64,000 nucleotides of DNA from Thalia democratica (Eukaryota): positions 31,868,001 through 31,932,000 of the forward strand of contig OZ241834.1 in assembly GCA_965202585.1 (NCBI GenBank), in the 5' to 3' direction. This document shows, piece by piece, positions 26,801 through 40,100 of this stretch. Position 1 is the first letter of the stretch. Every line of letters starts with the position of its first letter. The position numbers were made by a program, and so were the translations under genes. Below the pieces are notes generated by a model. It did no database searches. It had not been told where the DNA came from and worked only from the letters and a program-made list of their open reading frames with translations.

Positions 26801-29800
26801 CGTAGATGATACTTAAGCAAGTTCTATTTTAGGGAATTTTCAACTTAACTTACTTACCGCAAGATATTGATTTTGCGGTAATTATTGAAGAAATTTTGCT
26901 TTTTTGAGTTCATTTGCGGCAGTCAGCTAAGAGTTTGCGGCAGTGAAGTGGGCAAAATGGTCGTTTTCAAAATTATAGTTTTAAAAGAGATTTCGTTATA
27001 AAAAATAACGAAAACGTTATAGATACTTATTTTTTTCTTACAAAATTTCAAGGTGGTGCAGTTGCGGCAGTGCAACACCCCACGCGACGCCCCTGTAACA
27101 TACTATATTTATACAAATTATTTATAATATAAAATAATAAAAAAATGAAACCCAACATTTAAAGTTTGAGTTTTAGTAACTGTATATTTTAAACAAAAAA
27201 AATGTAGGTTTGTGCACGAAATTTCCCGAGCACCTTGAAAACGAGATGGAGTTGGAAAAGGAGTTTCCAGTGGAAGTTCACACCGTGGACTACGTCGCTT
27301 CGGCTAAAAACCCCAGGGACGAACGTGCTAGGGTGGTCGAAAAGACTGTGAGTTGAATGAATTATAACAAATTCATTATATGTTTGTTTTAATTAAACAT
27401 TTATACTTAATTGAGTTATTAAGGCCATAGGGGGGTCCAACATTTTTTTTTACAAAAAATAACTTTGGCATTAATATGAAAGCTTAAAGTACAAACTACA
27501 AGCCAGTTTTTATAGAATTGAAAAATATCATTTAACTTTTTTGTAAAAATTTTCTGACACAAACGTATGGAAGGCAAATTTTTCAGGGTCAATTTTCTTG
27601 GAAATTTTAAAATTTACTGAAAATCTATCTCCTCCTTCATTTTTCAAGCAATCTTCTTCAAATTTTCAGGAAACGTTCCTTATAATAAAAGGAAAAAACG
27701 TTACTTTAGAATTTTAAGAATTTAAAAAAATTAAAATTTTATCACAAAAATTAAAAAAAAAAGTTTTTTTTTTTTAAATATATTTTTACAAATTTTTTTT
27801 TAAATTCCAAAGTAACGTTTTTTTGTTATTGTACAAAGATTAGACTGTAAAAGTTTGAAGAAGATTGCTTGGAAAATGTAGGAGGAGATAGATTTTAAAT
27901 GAAATAGTTTTTGTAGAAAAAATTCAAGATTTGTAGTGATGACAGAAGTACTAAAAATTAACTTTTATTTTAAAGAGCTTCGCTAGAAATTAAGGCTTTG
28001 TATAATTTAAGGCCTTGTATAGTAAATAACAAACCCATATTTTGTATCTCAGTCATCAAAATGAAGTTAACTTAAAAAACAAAACTAATTATCAACAATC
28101 ACACCAGATAAGGCTGTGCAACCTGGCGCTAGATGGTCACGCCAGGAGCAAGATGATGAAATTGGCCAATCAGAACGGCCGTAAGCGGTACAACCCGGCA
28201 TCCGACCAATTGACGTTGGCCAGTGACAGGTTGAACAACAAATCTTTATAGCAAATTTCTTGTATGGTTTAATTGTTATTGTTATTATTGTTATTATTAT
28301 TACTCTGTTGTTATATTATATTGTTAGTATGTTATATAACTCTACGCAGGTGCCCGTTAAAGAAGCAGAATTCAGATTTCGTTGATTACCTGTTGACTGC
28401 TCTGTACTTTGAATCATGGGTTGGTTTTTTTATAAGTTAATTTCATTACTTTGTTTATTGTTTTATGTTTTTATTGTTATTTTTATTGCTTTCTTTAGTA
28501 TTTTGTTGTTTATTTATTAAAAAATGTATAAATAGTAAACACGTAAGGTAAGTGATTAGAATTAATTAAGAAGGTAAGCTTTAGTATATACAGCAGGGTT
28601 GCCACACGGTCAGGAAAAACTAAAAAAAAATGACAAAAGTCAGGAAAAAATGGGGGTTTTTGAACAAAGTCAGGAATAGTCAGGAAATTTGACAAAATTT
28701 AAAAAAAGGTCAGATTTTGTCAGATTAATTTACAAAATCCATTATTTTCCAAAACTTTAAATAGGAAAAAAAAATTTTTAAATCCTTTTAAGTCAGACTA
28801 AACTTACAAAATTATTTAATTTCCAATGCCTTTATCTGGTATAAATGAATAAAATATCCATTCTAAAACTGCAAAGTTTTTTTATTAACATATTGAACAA
28901 CTACCCTACTTGAACAAGCAGTTTTTTTATGCTCTTTAGTATTGATGATCTGTGGCAAGAACACTTCCATAGTGAAACTGTGATATATGCATAAAAATTT
29001 TCTTGCATTTCTTTAGTTATGTGATACTCTTTTGCAGCCTTTTTTGACATTGTACTAGAGTACCCAGCCTATTGTTGTCTTTATGCATGAGAACATTTCG
29101 TGTTCGGTAATTAAATTTCTGTGCATCATTATGAAAGACGAGAGAGTTACGAACCTCAGCTTAACCAATTATTTAAGGTTGAATTAAATGATCAAGCTTC
29201 CCTAAAACCTGCCCTTGATCAAGGTTGTTGTTGATTTAAACACAAATTATAATACAATTATAATAAGTATCTTATAACTTGATCAAGAAATAATTTTAAA
29301 TTTAACATGTTTGAAATGCATCTTAACTTAAAGCACACCAATAACCGCCGAATCCTCTGCCGAAACTGCTTATATATGCATTAAAAAACGCATTAGTTCT
29401 CTCAAATAAATAATTTTATTGTGGGAAAGCTTATCAAAATGCATTATTTTTACAAAATATTCCCACGCCCTAAAGTCATAAAACATTTATTACTTATGAT
29501 TCCCGTTTTAAATAGATTATTTTTAAGAGTTCCCACATTATCGGTACACTGCAACCAATTTGCTTGCAAATTTGAGGAAAAAAAAAAGACCTAGTTGAGG
29601 AACAAAAGATCTTAAATTCAACAAAAAGTATAGATTATTTGTTATAAAAGCGGTTGAAAATATTCGGCTATTGGAAGTACAATTGTAAAAAATATGTCAT
29701 GCTTAAATCCGCATAGCCTTGAAAAAAGTAGGAGTCACAATTGTTATTAAGCGTTTTGCCAACATTGTGCACTTCTTAACATAGTAAAAAATGTGCTCCC

Positions 29801-31572
29801 ACTCTGAAGGTGATACTAGCATTGAACAATTTAGAACTTTGGTAAATTATCCAATGAATGAATTAAAGTTCAATAGCTTCAAGCAAAAGGAAGATTTTTT
29901 GGATCAGTTCTATTTTGTAACATTTAAATTTTCTGCCAAATCTTCTCTCGGAAAGTTGTTGCAACCATTATTTGTGTTGCACAATGACCAGGCTGAGGTC
30001 GAACTAGATTAAGTATTAACAAAGCTCTGCTTTAAAATAGTATGAAATAAGAAACTATTACATCCAGAAGAAGAGTTAAAGATTTTATGTAGGCATACAA
30101 ACTAGAACTGTATCAAGTTAGAAAATAAAAGAATTTTGCTGATAGAGCTGTTTATTGCAAATACATCAATCATACACAGATGGTTCAAGTGATGTAATGG
30201 AAGTTAGATGATTGAATTCATCAAAAAACTGTTGTTTTAACCTGTATAAAAATAAGATTGGAAGATTTATATAGTTTCAAGTCTATGATTATGTATTTTA
30301 GAATAAGTTTAACTTAAGAGTTTAGATTTAGAAAAGTCAGGAAAATTTTATTTAATAGCCAGGAAATTTTTCTCAGCTTGATCTGATACAGGTTTGCCAC
30401 TTTACCTGGGAACCCGAAAAAACCTGGAACTCGACAATTTAAGTAAAAATAACCTGGAAAAACCTGGAATTTTCATCAAAAAACCAGGATTTTTTAATAA
30501 TTTTAACATTTTCAGTATTAATTTCGATTTGACACAAAATATCTATAATGTAAATAAGATTTTTTTGTCATCATCAAAAAGTTTTTTATTAAAAAACACA
30601 TTTAAATTAACTTAACAGTATCTTTTCAATGCTTTTATACTATTTAACACAGTTTCATGTATAGAAATTAGCTTAAAACTAAAAATAGACCCAAAAATGT
30701 GTACTTTTAAAAACCTGGAAGTAATTTGGAAAGCCTGGAAAAAATTTTGAAAAAACGAGTGGCAACCCTGTATATATGAAAATTTTTATACTACTTCAAT
30801 GAAAGTTAAAATTTATTTTAGTTGTGTATTGTTATTTGTTATATGTTTGTTAATTTTCATAAGAATTTTCGTTTTGTAAAATATAAATGCAAGTTAAATA
30901 TATAAGTACTGAAGGGTTTTAAACAAGAATTGTTAATCCCAAAACTTAAATTTGAATTGATTTCGCAGTTGATAATTTTTGAACAACAATAACTCTGTTG
31001 ATCTTGTTTTTGATTGAAATAGTAATTAAAGCCAGTTAGTATAAAAAGGCTAGTGTGTACTTTTAGTATGTAGTATTTACAACGTTTTTTATTAGTTTGT
31101 TTCTGTTCTTGAAGATGTTTAATATTGTGTCACATTTTAAAATGCTTTTGTTTGAGGTATCTTGATAACAACTTTTTTGCTTTAACTTGAATCAAATAGT
31201 TTTATATAATAAAAACTTCTAGCAACTTAAAAAGTGTACAAAGGACACATACAATGAAAATTGGTAAATAAAACTGTATAATTATTTTTAAAACAGAAAG
31301 AAGAAAAGTGGGAGAAGTTCGAGAACGCTGCGCAGGACGGCACCGACAAGTTCTACGAGTGGGAAAGTTCCCCGTCTCGAAACAACCTGAAGAACCACAA
31401 AGTTGCGGGCGCGCAAGAGGAGGCGAGGTACCGGGAGGCGGTGACGGCGGTCAAGCTGGAGCCGGATCCGCTGGAGAAGTACAAGTTGGACGCGGACCGG
31501 AGGAGGGTCGTGGAGGATTACAAGAAGTCCGTGCTAGGCCTGCTCGGTCTGAAGAAATTGCAAGTCGCTTGA
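20756..31572 (+). CDS. MRPS35: Mitochondrial small ribosomal subunit protein mS35, 7 coding exons, 348 aa: join(20756-20861,21000-21207,22038-22162,27208-27347,28108-28229,28350-28419,31297-31572)
   Basis: All GT-AG and frame-consistent (1047 nt). Motifs FDPYKTPFPVRMG, EFLKVQNFLH, FPVEVHTVDYV, ARVV, LASDRCPLKKQN.D...YLLTALYFESW match MRPS35. Confidence 0.95.
21000..21207 (+). CDS. MRPS35: MRPS35 coding exon 2
   Basis: cag|TA GAA CCA...FDPYKTPFPV AG|gtggcg. Confidence 0.9.
22038..22162 (+). CDS. MRPS35: MRPS35 coding exon 3
   Basis: MGKKLNLCVQPDKFASTEFLKVQNFLHAPPPTVKKQCDAIK; cag|...G|gtttgt. Confidence 0.92.
23230..24170. repeat. Degenerate ~400-bp triplicated segment inside the hAT element
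   Basis: aaattaaaaagtctacaaacaaa recurs at ~23267, ~23694 and ~24085 with similar downstream sequence. Confidence 0.6.
24243..25048 (-). pseudogene. hAT transposase C-terminal (hATC dimerisation) pseudogene
   Basis: ORF 24494-25048 continues past a TAG into LRILITIPMTSVEAERTFSSLKRIKTFLRNTMGQSRLNSL, then a frameshift (EEVMEKFINQKERRM). Confidence 0.9.
27208..27347 (+). CDS. MRPS35: MRPS35 coding exon 4
   Basis: LCTKFPEHLENEMELEKEFPVEVHTVDYVASAKNPRDERARVVEKT|gtgagt. Confidence 0.92.
27421..28010. mobile_element. Foldback MITE-like element in MRPS35 intron 4 (relatives at ~18120-18760 and ~25300-25790)
   Basis: Inverted arms aaaatctatctcctccttcatttttcaagcaatcttcttcaaa (~27620) / tttgaagaagattgcttggaaaatgtaggaggagatagatttt (~27855). 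Confidence 0.65.
28108..28229 (+). CDS. MRPS35: MRPS35 coding exon 5
   Basis: IRLCNLALDGHARSKMMKLANQNGRKRYNPASDQLTLASD AG|gttgaa. Confidence 0.92.
28350..28419 (+). CDS. MRPS35: MRPS35 coding exon 6
   Basis: CPLKKQNSDFVDYLLTALYFESW|gttggt. Confidence 0.92.
28591..30770 (+). mobile_element. Composite CAGGGTTGCCAC-ended hAT-like element in MRPS35 intron 6, with a second family copy at 30389-30770
   Basis: Ends (cag)cagggttgccac / gtggcaaccctg; flanks tatata/tatata; gtcaggaaa subterminal repeats; transposase relic inside. Confidence 0.75.
29560..30240 (+). pseudogene. Decayed hAT-like transposase fragment
   Basis: IVKNMSCLNP and FLDQFYF...LFVLHNDQAEVELD*VLTK resemble the VRNxxCLDP and LSHGQAxVERGFSxN motifs; multiple stops. 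Confidence 0.55.
31297..31572 (+). CDS. MRPS35: MRPS35 terminal coding exon 7
   Basis: KEEKWEK...YEWESSPSRNNL...YREAVTAVK...VEDYKKSVLGLLGLKKLQVA*. Confidence 0.92.
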   Translation, partial: KEEKWEKFENAAQDGTDKFYEWESSPSRNNLKNHKVAGAQEEARYREAVTAVKLEPDPLEKYKLDADRRRVVEDYKKSVLGLLGLKKLQVA

Positions 31573-32373
31573 TTGAAGTGAAAGTAAAGTTTAAGAGTTT
31601 GAAAAATTCAGATTTATAAAATGCTATTTTTTGGTTTGACACTTATTTATTATTCATGCATCTTTTGTGCTGGCTTGCGTTAGGTAACTCTAGAGATAAC
31701 TTTTTTGTTTCAGTTTAAATTTTAAAAAGTTTACTTAATATAAAATTTTACAGTTAAAAGATTTATTAAGAGATAAATTTAGATGTGATTGAACTGAGAT
31801 ACTTTTATTGTATAAAAAACTGATATTAAATGGTTACATATTTATTTTAGCTTTAGAAATTGCTGGATCTCTTCGTAGGGAAATTGTTAAAAAAAAAAAA
31901 CTTCCAAAAATTTTAGTTAATTCATAGTTAGTACAATTAATACTAATTATTTTTTTAGTACTTTACTGAAGATAATAATAAAATGTTTATTTATTTCAGT
32001 TTCGACTTTGAAAATAAAATTTTATTTTTAGTAAAAGTATGGCTATAGTTTGATTTTTTTTTCAATTTACGTATAAATAAAAAAACTAAAGCTTAGTCTT
32101 TTACCGTTAAAAACTTTTTTAAGTTCTCGTCTAGAAAATTATCGTTGAAAACTGAACAAAAGTACTATTTGAAAATATTTCTTACTTCTTAAGAACCTTA
32201 AAATTTTATTGGCTGTTAAAAGAGCAAGATGTAGAAGAATTATGCAATTATGAACTTGAAGATTTAAGCAAACACTCTATAAATTTTCAAAAAAGAATTT
32301 ATGTTTTTAGCATTTGGAATTAAGCTGCAAGTCCTAACAAAAAAATAAGATATATTAAAACATAAATCTAAAG

Positions 32374-32605
32374 CGGGGTTTCCCAAACTTTTTTTCATAA
32401 GGCCCCCTTGCTCGAATAAATAAGTTATTGCCCCTTCCCACTTTTTCAAAAAACTACCATTAAATACGCTTATGAATTTTTTGTTTTTGCTCTTGATCAT
32501 CAACTCCAGAATATCTTGTGTAAATTTCAAGTTATGGCCCCCTGTGGCACCTTTGCTGCGTATGACCCCCTAAATTTCTGCAATAGCCTACTTTGGGAAA
32601 CCCTG
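32374..32605. mobile_element. hAT (Charlie-like) MITE, 232 bp
   Basis: TIR cggggtttcccaaa / tttgggaaaccctg; perfect TSD atctaaag. Confidence 0.9.
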
Positions 32606-33311
32606 ATCTAAAGCAAACTGCCGATGAGTTAAAATATGAATTTAATAATTCAACATCAAGTTTAGAAATTATTTCTAAAATATTTTTGTTACAGTGGTCT
32701 TGGTCATGAAGTAACTACTAATATAATGTTTTTGTTTATATAATAGATAAACTAATGTATAAATTATTAATATTAATAGATAAGTTTATACTACTGTTGT
32801 ATTTCATTTTTTTACAAATCACTGTAATTCGTAATTGAGAATTTAGCATTACTTACTTGTCTTGTAATTTTGAAATTAAATATTTTATTTTTGATATATT
32901 AAAAAATACTTGTACAACATACAGATGGAAAGACTAAACATTAATAAGTTTAAAGTCTTTTAGATAGACTTAAAAAGTTTCATTTATTAGTTAACATCAA
33001 AGAAACTAGATTTTGTGGAATAGACTTTAAAATTTAAAAGTTTTTAATCTAATAAGTATGTGTTTTGGCAACTTTCAATTTTTCGGCAAACATTTTTTTA
33101 GTAAAATAAAACCTTTCAAGTTTTATTTTAAAATAACGCTTTTAGTTAAATTAATTTAGTCATTTTTGACTAGTGAAGAAAGTCATGAACTAGCACATTG
33201 ATTTTTTTTAAATTTAATCAGTTAGTTCCGGCTCTAAATAATCCTGATAAGTTTTTATTATACTGTGCATAATTACTTAACATGGGAACCGCTCAGTTCC
33301 AACCCTCGATT

Positions 33312-33440
33312 AATTCCCACCCGATCAAGTTCAACCACTTACCGACCAAGGGGTAATAGTTATATTAGAAATGAATAAAAATAATAGTAATAAATAACGA
33401 AAAAAAAAAATTGGGTGGGAATGGTGCGCGGGCGGGAATT
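33312..33440. mobile_element. Small MITE-like inverted repeat
   Basis: aattcccacccg ... cgggcgggaatt, plus an extra gggtgggaa unit. Confidence 0.45.
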
Positions 33441-34278
33441 GTAAGTACATCTTTTAGTATAAATAATTTAATAATGTTTATTTAAATTATGGTTTATTGG
33501 CATTTAAGTTATGCTTATTTATAAAAATTCGACTGAGTGGAGTTAGTTTATTGAGTTTTAAAGTTATGTGTTGCTGGAGATTTTATTTTAAATAAAAAAA
33601 AGATACTAAAGTTGAAAAAAAAAACAAGAAATCAAAAGTTTTTCAGACTGCCTACTAATAAGACTGAAACTTGATGCGTTGAACATCATACAAATGCATT
33701 GTGGACAACAGTTTAAGTTCCAACGTTTCAATATTTTTAGTAGTTCTGAGTTGTTGTGGATTATCATTTTAATAAATATTTTTCTCGATTTTTTTCACCA
33801 TATTAATCTTGTTTATTAGGTTAACTATGGCTGTGAAAAAACTTAGAACTTACTAAAGTATTCATACTTTTTATAATTATATATTTTCTTTATGCATATG
33901 TTTTTTGAAACTATTTTGATAGTTTTTAGTTACACCTTCATATGAATATTTTGGTTTTCAAGCTACTTTTTGAGGTACATTATTAGTAATATATTACTAA
34001 AAGTATTAAGAAAGAATTTAAATTGTCATGTAACTGAACGCTGACCTAAAAGCGGTTACATATGTTCTAGAAATCGATAGCTTGATTAGTGAGAAGCAAA
34101 ATTTACAGATGTTGGTCATATCAAGAGTTCAAGTTTTAATTACCTGTTTTGTTCTGAAAAGTGCACAGTCTAACTTGTAGCAAAGCAAATTTTGCTTTTG
34201 TTCCTTATATTATATAATTTAATAAAGTATCTAAATTAAAATTTGTTGAATTTTTTGTAAAACAAACTTTACTTTAAG

Positions 34279-34367
34279 TAGTGAACTACCGGATCTACAA
34301 ATTACGACCTGGCTTGATCCGGATTCAAGCAAAAACATTGTCGGATCTTGGATTCGGTAGATCAATA
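34279..34367. mobile_element. Mini hAT MITE (TAGTGA termini)
   Basis: tagtgaactaccgg / tcggtagatcaata; flanks actttaag/actgcaag (6/8); internal ggatc repeats. Confidence 0.55.
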
Positions 34368-35591
34368 ACTGCAAGTAATACTAAGTTACTTTATTTAGAC
34401 AGCTAAAAATACGTGAAGTTTGTAAAAAAGTACTCCTTTTATATGAATAGCTTGTTCTATAATTATTTATCTCGTTGGTATGTATTGTCAAATCGTTACA
34501 TCAAGATAATTAAATGCCTAGCTAGAAACATTTTTACTTAAGTAATTTTTCGCGGATTGACAATTAAAACTTATTGAATTAAAAAACTCTACTTTCTAAA
34601 AAAACAAGTCGACAATGATCTTAGATTAAGTTAAATACAGATTTTGAAATAAACTTTAATAAAGAATTTAGTTCACATCAACTAATATGCAAAAGAAGAT
34701 TGTTTGTTTTTAAAGTTTCAATTGCTAAAATTTCTTCTTACCAAAATAATAAAAAAAATAATAGATCTATTTATTTTGAACTACTAAAGATTTGAGACTA
34801 ACTAAAAAGTATAAAGTTTAATTATAAACTTATATATTTGCTTAATATCACTACAAAGATCTAACGTAAAGTTTATAGATATTTGATTTAAAAGTTCAAG
34901 AATAAAGTCATTTTACAAATAGAAGAAGAAAATTTTTTTGAAACTGGAGTAAATTAACTGAAAAAAGACATAAAATATTTCTAAAGTATATCAAACAAAA
35001 AAACTGTTTACCTACTATAGATTTAATTTTTTTAGAACTAAATCTAATTTTATCATATTTTAGATGTTGTTGTACCAACAAGAAAACAATAGTTTGAACA
35101 ACTTTTAAACATTCTAAAGTAAAATTAATGAGTACTTTGTTTATTATAAAATAATTTTGTCTACAGCAGAGATTTAAAAAAAAACTATTGACATTTAAAA
35201 AATCCCTGGTGTGTATAAAGTTTTTAACATAAAATGAAACTGCATTAAAAAGTCAAAGTTCAAACTTACAATTTTATTTCGTATGTATCTTTTCAAAATA
35301 TTTTAAGCTTAGAAAAATTATGTTATTATTTACTAGCAAAAAAATGCATTGAATTAATCGAATGTTTCCTATTAAGCAGAGCGTCTTAATACATATTTAC
35401 TACAACATTTACATTAGTTTACGACCTTAGCTAAGTTTTCAATGTATATCAACGGTAGAAAGTGAAAAATGTTGGTAGTAGAAGTATTTAATGTTTTTTG
35501 TTAATAAGTAATAAATGAGTGAGATATGTTTTAAATTGTTATTTAATTGTTTTTTAGCGAGAAAAATAGAGTTATAAAAGTTTAGTCTAAG

Positions 35592-35662
35592 GGGTACGAA
35601 GAAACCTTTCGGTTATCCAGTCAGACTCCACGGATACTGTTTAATGTGTTGTCCAGAATAAG
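35592..35662 (-). mobile_element. SINE-like repeat fragment
   Basis: aaacctttcggttatccagtcagactccacggatactgtttaatgtgttgtccag aligns with 51096-51155. Confidence 0.55.
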
Positions 35663-37149
35663 CTATACGTTTCAACATTTTTATGTTATAAGATACACGT
35701 TTTCAACAAATTTATTTTTTTGTTATTGTTTTTCAAAATGTTTTCAAAAACAGCTTTTGAAAATTAAAGGGAAATCAGTATAAAAAATTTAAATTTTACA
35801 GTTTATGTCTTTAAACAGGTTTGTAAATGCATTTTTTTTCCTGTAAACTACTACTATTTGTTGTGTTATATATGGTATCTTTTGATTACTTAATTTTACT
35901 GCTTTTTTTCAAATATAAAAATTCTTAATCATTTATAGTTTCAACAGTTAAAGCAAATGAGTGATGTGTAGTTTAATAGTTGAAAGGTATTTTGTTACAC
36001 CAGGTCTTTTGACCATACTTGTTTTTAGGGTGATATTTTTTATGTTTGCAAGTATTGTTACTTCATGAATAATAAGCTATTAATATTATAAGTAATAATC
36101 GGAAAACATTATTTTTAAGAAGGTTGTTTATTAATGCTGCAATCTTTATTTTTTTGACTTTTTGCTTAAAATAAAAATAATACTTGACTTTGTACATTAC
36201 ATACTGCTCACCTATAAAAAAAAAACAGAGTTATTTAATCTGTAGAAATCTGTAGATTTAATGTTTTGAACTTAGTTGAAATTAGTTTTTATTCAACTAA
36301 ATTATTGTCTTTACTAGTAGGAAGACAAGTAGTTATTCAGGTTATTTTTAGCACAGATGAGGTATTTTTTTTGCCATCATTCATTAAGCCTACGGCTTCT
36401 CAGTTTAGTCCTAATAGAAATATTTTATTTCAAAATATATTAGTGATTGATAAAAGTTTATAAACTTTTAGTAAAATAGCATTAAAAGCACATCAAAGAA
36501 GTAAATTCGATTCATGTTATACAAAAAAATTCAAGTGTGTACATTTGAATCTAACAGTTAAACTTTATTAGTTAGTATATGAAATTTTTTGTTTGAAGTT
36601 AAAAAAACATTCAGTAACGTTTTTTGAATTAAAAAAATAATACAGATAAAAATTTATAAAATACTTTTACGTCCTAAAATTTTTAGTTTTATATCGTGCT
36701 TGAGTCGACTGCTTGGTGTTCTTAATATAGTTTTTCAACAAGCATTACTCAACAGAAATTTATTTTGTAAAAAATCTATGTAGAAAAAATAAAACTTAAC
36801 AAAAGTTAAAAATCTATGATGAAATTCAAAAGAACAGAATTAAAAGTAAACCTAAGAACTTTACTATATTTATTCTATCAAATTAAAGTAAAAATATTAA
36901 AAAAATTCAAATTAAAGCTTATTATAAAATACAAAAACTAACTAAATAAAACAAGCGTGTTGAAATGCGTTATAAAACAAATGAAGTAAGTTTATGTAAT
37001 TGCACAAATGTTAAAGAAGAAAAGTTAGATGCAGATGTATGACAAAAAGTTCAAGATTAAAAATCTAACTTGAATTATATATAAGTTCTGAAGCTCACTA
37101 TAAAATGCACTAAACAGTGTTGTATGTAATTATAAACTATGGTATATAG

Positions 37150-40100
37150 CAGGGGTCGGCAGGCAGTTGGTGGTCGCGGGCCAAATTTAGAGTTTCCAAA
37201 GTCTTCGCGGGCCGCAGTTTTAGTTTTAGTGACATTTGAATAATATTTTGGTTTTAGTTTTAGTCACACTAAAGAAAGGCTTTAATTTTATTAACCTCCT
37301 TATTTTAAATAACTTTTAGCTATACATAGAATGCCTGTTTAAATTAATACTTATTAGAATAGAATTTACATTGACTAATATACTCAAGTGTTAATAAACT
37401 ATGTACTTTCATAAGCACTTAATAAGTTAAACTTAATACTTTAGTAATTTTACTTACAACCTAACTCTGTATAAAAGCCTAACTTGAAAGACAATTTATG
37501 GGTTAATTTTATACATTTGTTAACCCTTTTTACATATTTCTAAGAATATTTACTTCAAAAAAAGTTTTTGCGTGTTAAATAATTTACACTCATTAGAAAA
37601 TTTATTAATTAGTTAACTTAATAATATTAATACCTGTTTGTATTCCAGAAAGCTAAAACAAATTCTTTAACATAATTTATATTTGAAAATTTAAAAAAAA
37701 TATCTTATTAGTAATTAGTATTTTACATGGTTGCCACTTTAAAAGCAAAAACTTCTGAGTTGTATCAAACCAGCCTAAGTTTATTAAAAGTTAAAAAAGC
37801 TAATAAATAGTTGTTAATCAAGCTTAAATACCTAGTTAAATTATCATCATTACCAAAAAGTACACAAAATGTAAGAAAACAATAAAAAATTACAACTAGT
37901 AAGCTACACTACAGTCATAAAAACTATTCTGATAATTAAAAGATTTCTTTAAAGTTTTTGTAGTAAAAGTTTCACACACACCTGAGTTTTCAAGCTCTAA
38001 AATAGCCTGTTTGTGTAGCAACCCAGTTAAAATAAAGTTCACAACATAAAGAAATAACGAAGGTTATTAACAGTAAATAAATTACATGCCAAAAAATATA
38101 AGTCAGCTGGAATGGACAATTAAAATTTTTAAACAAATTTAACAAAAGTATAAAATTCTGTTGAGTCATTAGCGAAGTAGAAAAACTTTTTAGCAATTCT
38201 TTATCTGGAAAAAGCTTTGCATTTAGAAATAGTATTTGTAAAATATAAGACGAGCTACAAGAATAAGAAAACGTTAGTTAGGAGTTATTGCGAGAAACGA
38301 TAAAAAAACAAATCACCAAAGTCAGTTCTCCAACAAAGCACATGATTATCTTTAGTAACCATAGAATGATCAGAAAAAATTGTTAAGGCAAGTTTTAAAG
38401 TAGCAAAATTTATTACTTAAAATGAGATACCGTTTAAAATTGAAAACTTTTCTAAAGAATTTATGTTGGCGGTAATGAAAGGCTTTTGTTTATTTCTTCA
38501 ATGACAACTAGATGTCGTGTTTAGGAAATGCATTGAGGTCGCATAAATCAGATTAGGACTTTAATCAATCTGTTAACATGAGAGCACTAATAAAAAAAAC
38601 TATTGCTCATCTGAGAATTTTTATTAGAGATGTTTTTACTATCGTTGACATTTTAGTAGAATTTCTTGGTTTAGTTTCAAAGCAAAGCACAAAAACTGGT
38701 GAAATTTTACAAGTAAAGGTGCAATGCACCAAAACAAAGTTTTTGGAAGTACAATTCCTTCTTTTATTTTTAGTATAAAGTTTAAAAAGTTGAAAAAAAT
38801 GTCTTAACAAACATATCAATATTAAAAAATACTGTTAAGCTACTTTGATATATTTTCTAATAGAAAACTATTTATTCGGTAAGTTTTTTGTGTCAAATCG
38901 AAATTTTATTACTTTACATGAAAAAATTGTTTGAAATTCTAAGTTTTTCAAAAATTCTCAAATTCAAGTTTTTTCCAGAAATTTTAAGCATAAATTTTCA
39001 AATTCAAAGCTTTTCCTGGATTAAAGTTTTTTGGCAACACTGATTGTTCACACTTAAATGTACACAATAATATAAATAACATTTTGAATTATATTAGCTG
39101 CAAGACTTAAAATCAAACATATGTTATAGCTCAAACTAACACTGTTGATTGAGCAAAACATACATCATAAGTTTAATTTGCCACTCTTTCAAGCAAAAAA
39201 AGCCAGCCTGAGTCAACAAAAACATTCCTGATATTTTTGTATACAAAAAGCAATTCTAGCCAAAAACTTAAAAAATGACTAAGTTGGCCTGAGATTTAAA
39301 GTCTTTTAATAGTGATAGTCTGAGTGTGTGGCAATGTTTAGTTGTTTATTTGCTTGAATTTGAACTATTTTGATTAACAATGTACAAGTTTAATAAACTT
39401 ACCATCTTTAAATCTAGTTTATATTAAATAGGTAACTCCAAAAAACAGCAACTGTGTGTATTGATATGCAAGGCATAAAAATTAAATAAGTTTGACAAAA
39501 AAACTGTTTGAATAATGAAAATGTATACCTAACAAAAACTATGTTAATTTATTTCATATATATTGTTTCAAATGTGTGTGTACAATTTAGATATTACATG
39601 TAGAAACAACAAGGTTAGAAAATTACGCATAAACTAAACTTTAACTAACTAAAGTATTAAATAAAAAGTGATTTAAAACATGAGAACCTTTTTAAGTTGG
39701 TTTGCATATAAATCAATATTAAGTGCAATAAAAACTTTTAAAAAATTAAAATGTGTCAAAACAAAAATCAAATAAACCGTATTTCTTATTACTATATTAT
39801 GTTAAATTTTTTACACTAAAATGTAACATTTACAAATAAAAAATCTATAAAGGAAACTTAGGTATAAAAAAATTTGAAAAACGATATCTAAAGCTATAAC
39901 GAAATGACACTTTAGTTAATTACTGTGCATTACTTTTGCACAAAATGGAAAACATTTGCATTTAGTTTATTTAATATATAGGTATTATATATCTAAATTA
40001 TTAAAACCAAGCACTCTTTACACTCTTTTTCAGATAATTACTTGCTGTTGTAAAAAAGAGGTTATTATAAAACTGAGAAAAGTATCCTGTTAGAATGCTA

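Larger units (their letters stand above)
22888..27095 (-). mobile_element. 4.2-kb hAT transposon in MRPS35 intron 3 (defective, with nested insertions)
   Basis: TIR cagtggcgtcgcgtgg / ccacgcgacgcccctg; perfect 8-bp TSD taacatac; decayed transposase inside. Confidence 0.93.

Noticed and set aside
31308-31642. ORFs 31308..31619 (+) and 31451..31642 (-)
   Set aside because: Alternative-frame and antisense shadows of the GC-rich MRPS35 last exon.
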